Origin: Candidatus Heimdallarchaeota archaeon
GTDB taxonomy: Archaea; Asgardarchaeota; Heimdallarchaeia; Heimdallarchaeales; Heimdallarchaeaceae
DNA: 64,000 nucleotides
Assembly (NCBI GenBank): GCA_030603365.1
Contig: JAUVXV010000003.1
Span: forward strand, 160,001 to 224,000
Direction of reading: 5' to 3'
Notes under the pieces: generated by a model
What the model saw: only the letters and a program-made list of their open reading frames with translations
Told to the model about the DNA's origin: nothing
Databases searched by the model: none
Shown: piece after piece, positions 60,799 through 64,000 of the stretch
How the letters are laid out: every line of letters begins with the position of its first letter
Numbering within the stretch: the stretch's first letter is position 1
Program-made: the position numbers and the translations under genes

Positions 60799-61968
60799 AT
60801 GAGAAACATGAAAAAATTGGCAAACGGTATGTACCGAATTCTAGGTGAAGGAGCATTTGAATACCTAGCAAAAGCTCAATCCTTAGAAAGGGAGGGAAAG
60901 AAAGTTTTGCATTTTGAGATTGGGCAACCTGATTTTCCTACCCCTCAGCACATTAAAGAATCAGCTTACGAAGCTATAGAAAGTAACTTCACTGGTTATG
61001 TTTCGGCTACAGGAATCTTAGAATTAAAACAAGCTGTTCAAGATGAAATTGAGTTATCACGTGGTTTTCGACCATCCATTGAACAAATTCTCATTTTACC
61101 AGGTGCAAAACCTGGAATATTCTTTACAATGTTAAGTCTCGTAAACCAAGGAGAAGAAATAATCTATCCTGATCCAGGTTTTCCTACTTATGGTTCTGTT
61201 GTGAAATACATAGGTGCTGGAGATGTTCCAATAACACTCAAAGAAGAGAATGAATTTCGATTAAATCCGTCTGATATTGAAGAAAAGATTACACCCAAAA
61301 CTAAGCTGATTATACTTAACAGTCCTCAAAATCCGACAGGATCAGTTATGACAAAAGAAGAGATTGAAAAAATTGCAGAGATAGCAGAAGAAAATGATAT
61401 CTTTGTTTTCTCTGATGAAATTTATTCAAAAATGCTCTATGAATCAACTTTTCATACACCTTCTGTAAGAGATGAAGCAAAAGACAGAACTGTTATTCTA
61501 GATGGATTTTCAAAATCTTATAGTATGACAGGATGGAGACTTGGCTATGTTGTTGGACCAGAAGAAATAATAGAAAAAATGGGGACGTTGATGATCAACT
61601 CTCTATCATGCACCACTTCATTTGTTCAGAAAGCAGGCATTACTGCTCTTAAAGGGACACAAGAACCTTTACGAGAAATGATGAAAGCTTTTCTTGAAAG
61701 AAGAAATGCTATTGTAAAAGGATTAAATGAGATACCTAATTTCACATGTCTTTCACCTCAAGGTGCATTTTATGCATTTCCAAATATAACAAATACAGGT
61801 ATGAATTCTCGAGAAATAGCTGATCACATTTTATATAAAGCAGGGGTTTGCTGCTTACCAGGTTCTGCTTTTGGTCCTGGTGGAGAAGGTTATCTGAGAT
61901 TTTCATATGCTACATCGATTGCTAACATAAGCCAAGCTGTTGCTCAGATCAAAGAATCTTTTGGATAA
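60799..61968 (+). CDS. PLP-dependent class I/II (aspartate-type) aminotransferase
   Basis: GQPDF, NSPQNPTG, SDEIY, GFSKSYSMTGWRLG, GAFY, LRFSYA. Confidence 0.95.
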   Translation: MRNMKKLANGMYRILGEGAFEYLAKAQSLEREGKKVLHFEIGQPDFPTPQHIKESAYEAIESNFTGYVSATGILELKQAVQDEIELSRGFRPSIEQILILPGAKPGIFFTMLSLVNQGEEIIYPDPGFPTYGSVVKYIGAGDVPITLKEENEFRLNPSDIEEKITPKTKLIILNSPQNPTGSVMTKEEIEKIAEIAEENDIFVFSDEIYSKMLYESTFHTPSVRDEAKDRTVILDGFSKSYSMTGWRLGYVVGPEEIIEKMGTLMINSLSCTTSFVQKAGITALKGTQEPLREMMKAFLERRNAIVKGLNEIPNFTCLSPQGAFYAFPNITNTGMNSREIADHILYKAGVCCLPGSAFGPGGEGYLRFSYATSIANISQAVAQIKESFG

Positions 61969-62046
61969 TGTTAACCTTTTTCTTGATTTTTTTACTTAAA
62001 TTCAACAGTTATACTTTTATTCTGTTATTCTTCTGAAAATAAAACC

Positions 62047-63228
62047 ATGAAGACTAAAGTTTCAATTGTCAAAATTCAAAACAACGACATAGAAACTGCT
62101 GTTCACCAAGCAGTTGAGCTTGCTGGTGGAATAGAAGCTGTACATGAAAACAGTAGACCAATTCTCATCAAGCCTAATGCCATAACCTTCAAAAAAACAT
62201 GGGAATCACAGCTTGCGGTAACTACTCATCCTGAAGTTGTGAGAGCTCTAATTAGACTATTAAAGGAAAAAGGTCATGAAATTATTGTAGGGGATACTTC
62301 AGGGGGAGGAATTAAAACTAAGACTGTACTGGAAAAAGCAGGTTTTAACAAGATAGGAAAAGAAGAAAACATTCCTGTAGTAAGTTTATCATCCAATGCT
62401 GAAAAAGTTTACATAAAAAATCATGAAAAACTTGCTAATGTAACACTTGCTGGGTTAGCACTAACCTCAGATATAATTAATGTTCCCAAAATGAAGACTC
62501 ATGCCCTTACACGTGTAACACTTGCCATTAAGAATCTTTTTGGTTGTGTTGTTGGAATGGAAAAAAAGAGAGTTCATGGTGTATCCTATACAGCAAAAAG
62601 CTTTGCACAATGTTTAGTAGATATTTATTCAGTTTTGAAAGATAACATCAAGATGAATGTTCTAGATGCAAAAATAGCAATGGAAGGTTATGGCCCTACA
62701 GATGGAGATCCCAAAGAGATGAATTTGATTTTAGCAAGCAAAGATGCAGTCGCTCTTGATTCGATAGCTACAATGTTGATGGATGAAAAACCGTTATCAA
62801 TCCCCACAACCAAAAATGCTGCTCAAAGAGGGTTAGGAGTTGCAAATCTTGAAGATATAGAAGTCGTTGGAGAGAATATCGATGATGTAAAAAGTAAATT
62901 TTCTATACCTATGCGAGCAATTTCATGGTTACCTATTGGCAGAATGTGGAATTTGAAGGCAAAACAACCTAAGTATGTAGGTGAGGGCTGTAAAGCTTGT
63001 CTCAGATGTCAAACAGTCTGCCCTGCTGATGCAATAATCGTTGACAAAGAAAATAAGAAACCTGAATTTGATTATAAGAAATGTCTCTCTTGTCTATGCT
63101 GTTTCGAACTATGTCCTGAGCATGTGATATATATGGGGCATATGAAATACTGGAAAGAAATCTATGGAATTATAGGATTAATTGCTATTTTGATTATAGC
63201 AGGAATTTTGTTAGGAATATTCTTGTAA
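62047..63228 (+). CDS. DUF362 domain protein with C-terminal 2x[4Fe-4S] and TM tail
   Basis: IKPN, THPEVV, KMKTH, KNLFG, MEG.GP, CKACLRCQTVCP, CLSCLCCFELCP, hydrophobic C-terminus. Confidence 0.9.
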   Translation: MKTKVSIVKIQNNDIETAVHQAVELAGGIEAVHENSRPILIKPNAITFKKTWESQLAVTTHPEVVRALIRLLKEKGHEIIVGDTSGGGIKTKTVLEKAGFNKIGKEENIPVVSLSSNAEKVYIKNHEKLANVTLAGLALTSDIINVPKMKTHALTRVTLAIKNLFGCVVGMEKKRVHGVSYTAKSFAQCLVDIYSVLKDNIKMNVLDAKIAMEGYGPTDGDPKEMNLILASKDAVALDSIATMLMDEKPLSIPTTKNAAQRGLGVANLEDIEVVGENIDDVKSKFSIPMRAISWLPIGRMWNLKAKQPKYVGEGCKACLRCQTVCPADAIIVDKENKKPEFDYKKCLSCLCCFELCPEHVIYMGHMKYWKEIYGIIGLIAILIIAGILLGIFL

Positions 63229-63325
63229 CGTGTAAGTACAATTGGTAAAACTATTTTTCGCTTATTCCGAATAATTAGGTAAATGAATAGAGCTTTAAAC
63301 AAAACTAACCATTTTATTAGCATAT

Positions 63326-64000
63326 TCACCCAAGAAGATTTGCTAGATTTTCTCCTAGAATTTTCCTTTTCTGATTCTGTGTAATGTCCATTTTCTGAAT
63401 TTTTCTCATATTCAGTTCAAGACATCTGTCCCCAATAGGTGAATCGGTTCCTAGTAATACTTTATCCTCACCAAACTTATCCATCGCTAAATGAATTCGC
63501 TTCTCTGAAATAATGAAATAGGTTGAGATATCAAAATAAATATTTTTCAAATCATTCCCTTTCTTTGCAATAGTTTCAAAACCCATCATATGAGCAACTA
63601 TGTAATTTGTTTTCGGGAATTCCCGTGCTAGATTTACAAACCTTCTTGCTTCCTTGAAATTATAGAGGTGGATAAAAATTGGAATGTTCTTCTCAGTTGC
63701 AAATTGAGATATGATTTTCATCCCAACATCTTTATTTGAAAATTTCATCATACATTGATGTAGCTTTATGCCTGCAAAAGACATTTTTTCATAATTTTCT
63801 TCCAGAATAGTGATTAAATTAGGAGCATTAGGGTCAATCCAAAAGTACTGTAGCAATCTGTTTGGATATTCTTGGACCATTGAAAAAACATGTTCATTAT
63901 TTGGAGCTGGCATTTTTTTATGGCCAGGACGAAGAAAGAAAATATTTCCCAAAATATGGAAAAATGGATTCATAGAAGATTTTTTGTAAGCTATTTTGGG
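63326..64000 (-). CDS. Amidohydrolase_2 family metal-dependent hydrolase (5' partial)
   Basis: GIKLH, IFIH, VAHM, YFDIS, LLGTDSP; the frame appears open to the window edge. Confidence 0.87.
   Translation of the reverse strand, partial: PKIAYKKSSMNPFFHILGNIFFLRPGHKKMPAPNNEHVFSMVQEYPNRLLQYFWIDPNAPNLITILEENYEKMSFAGIKLHQCMMKFSNKDVGMKIISQFATEKNIPIFIHLYNFKEARRFVNLAREFPKTNYIVAHMMGFETIAKKGNDLKNIYFDISTYFIISEKRIHLAMDKFGEDKVLLGTDSPIGDRCLELNMRKIQKMDITQNQKRKILGENLANLLG

Noticed and set aside
1-64000. CRISPR array, tRNA/rRNA, IS element or provirus
   Set aside because: No regularly spaced repeat-spacer array, cloverleaf, rRNA-like GC-rich block, transposase, integrase or capsid ORF was seen by eye.

Overview
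AT-rich, gene-dense archaeal chromosomal window, most consistent with an Asgard archaeon (Heimdallarchaeia-like). The evidence is a Rab-like small GTPase without a prenylation tail, an archaeal/eukaryote-type ProRS, a TrmB regulator, TATA boxes about 25-35 nt upstream of many starts, a large TPR protein and multi-PAS kinases. There are about 55 CDS: a few housekeeping genes (proS, trxB, malic enzyme, class I aminotransferase) among hydrolases, oxidoreductases, transporters, signalling proteins and secreted proteins. I saw no rRNA, tRNA, CRISPR array, integrase, transposase or reverse transcriptase, and I cannot support a new multi-gene system. The best leads are: (1) a 1012-aa secreted protein with six unrecognised His/aromatic-rich repeats and a GIFT-like C-terminal domain, carrying identical DNA patches between repeats; (2) two ACTACT-N9-AGTAGT palindromes flanking the BRE/TATA of an ABC-2 + TrmB operon; (3) an SPL-like radical SAM protein with a PolX-8kDa-like tail; (4) a poly-Gly secreted protein; (5) a REC-10xPAS-kinase; (6) a conserved-looking unknown enzyme coupled to an aminotransferase; (7) several frameshifted or decayed gene remnants and a 45-aa membrane protein missed by the ORF track. 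All family calls come from motif recognition by eye; no database search was run.
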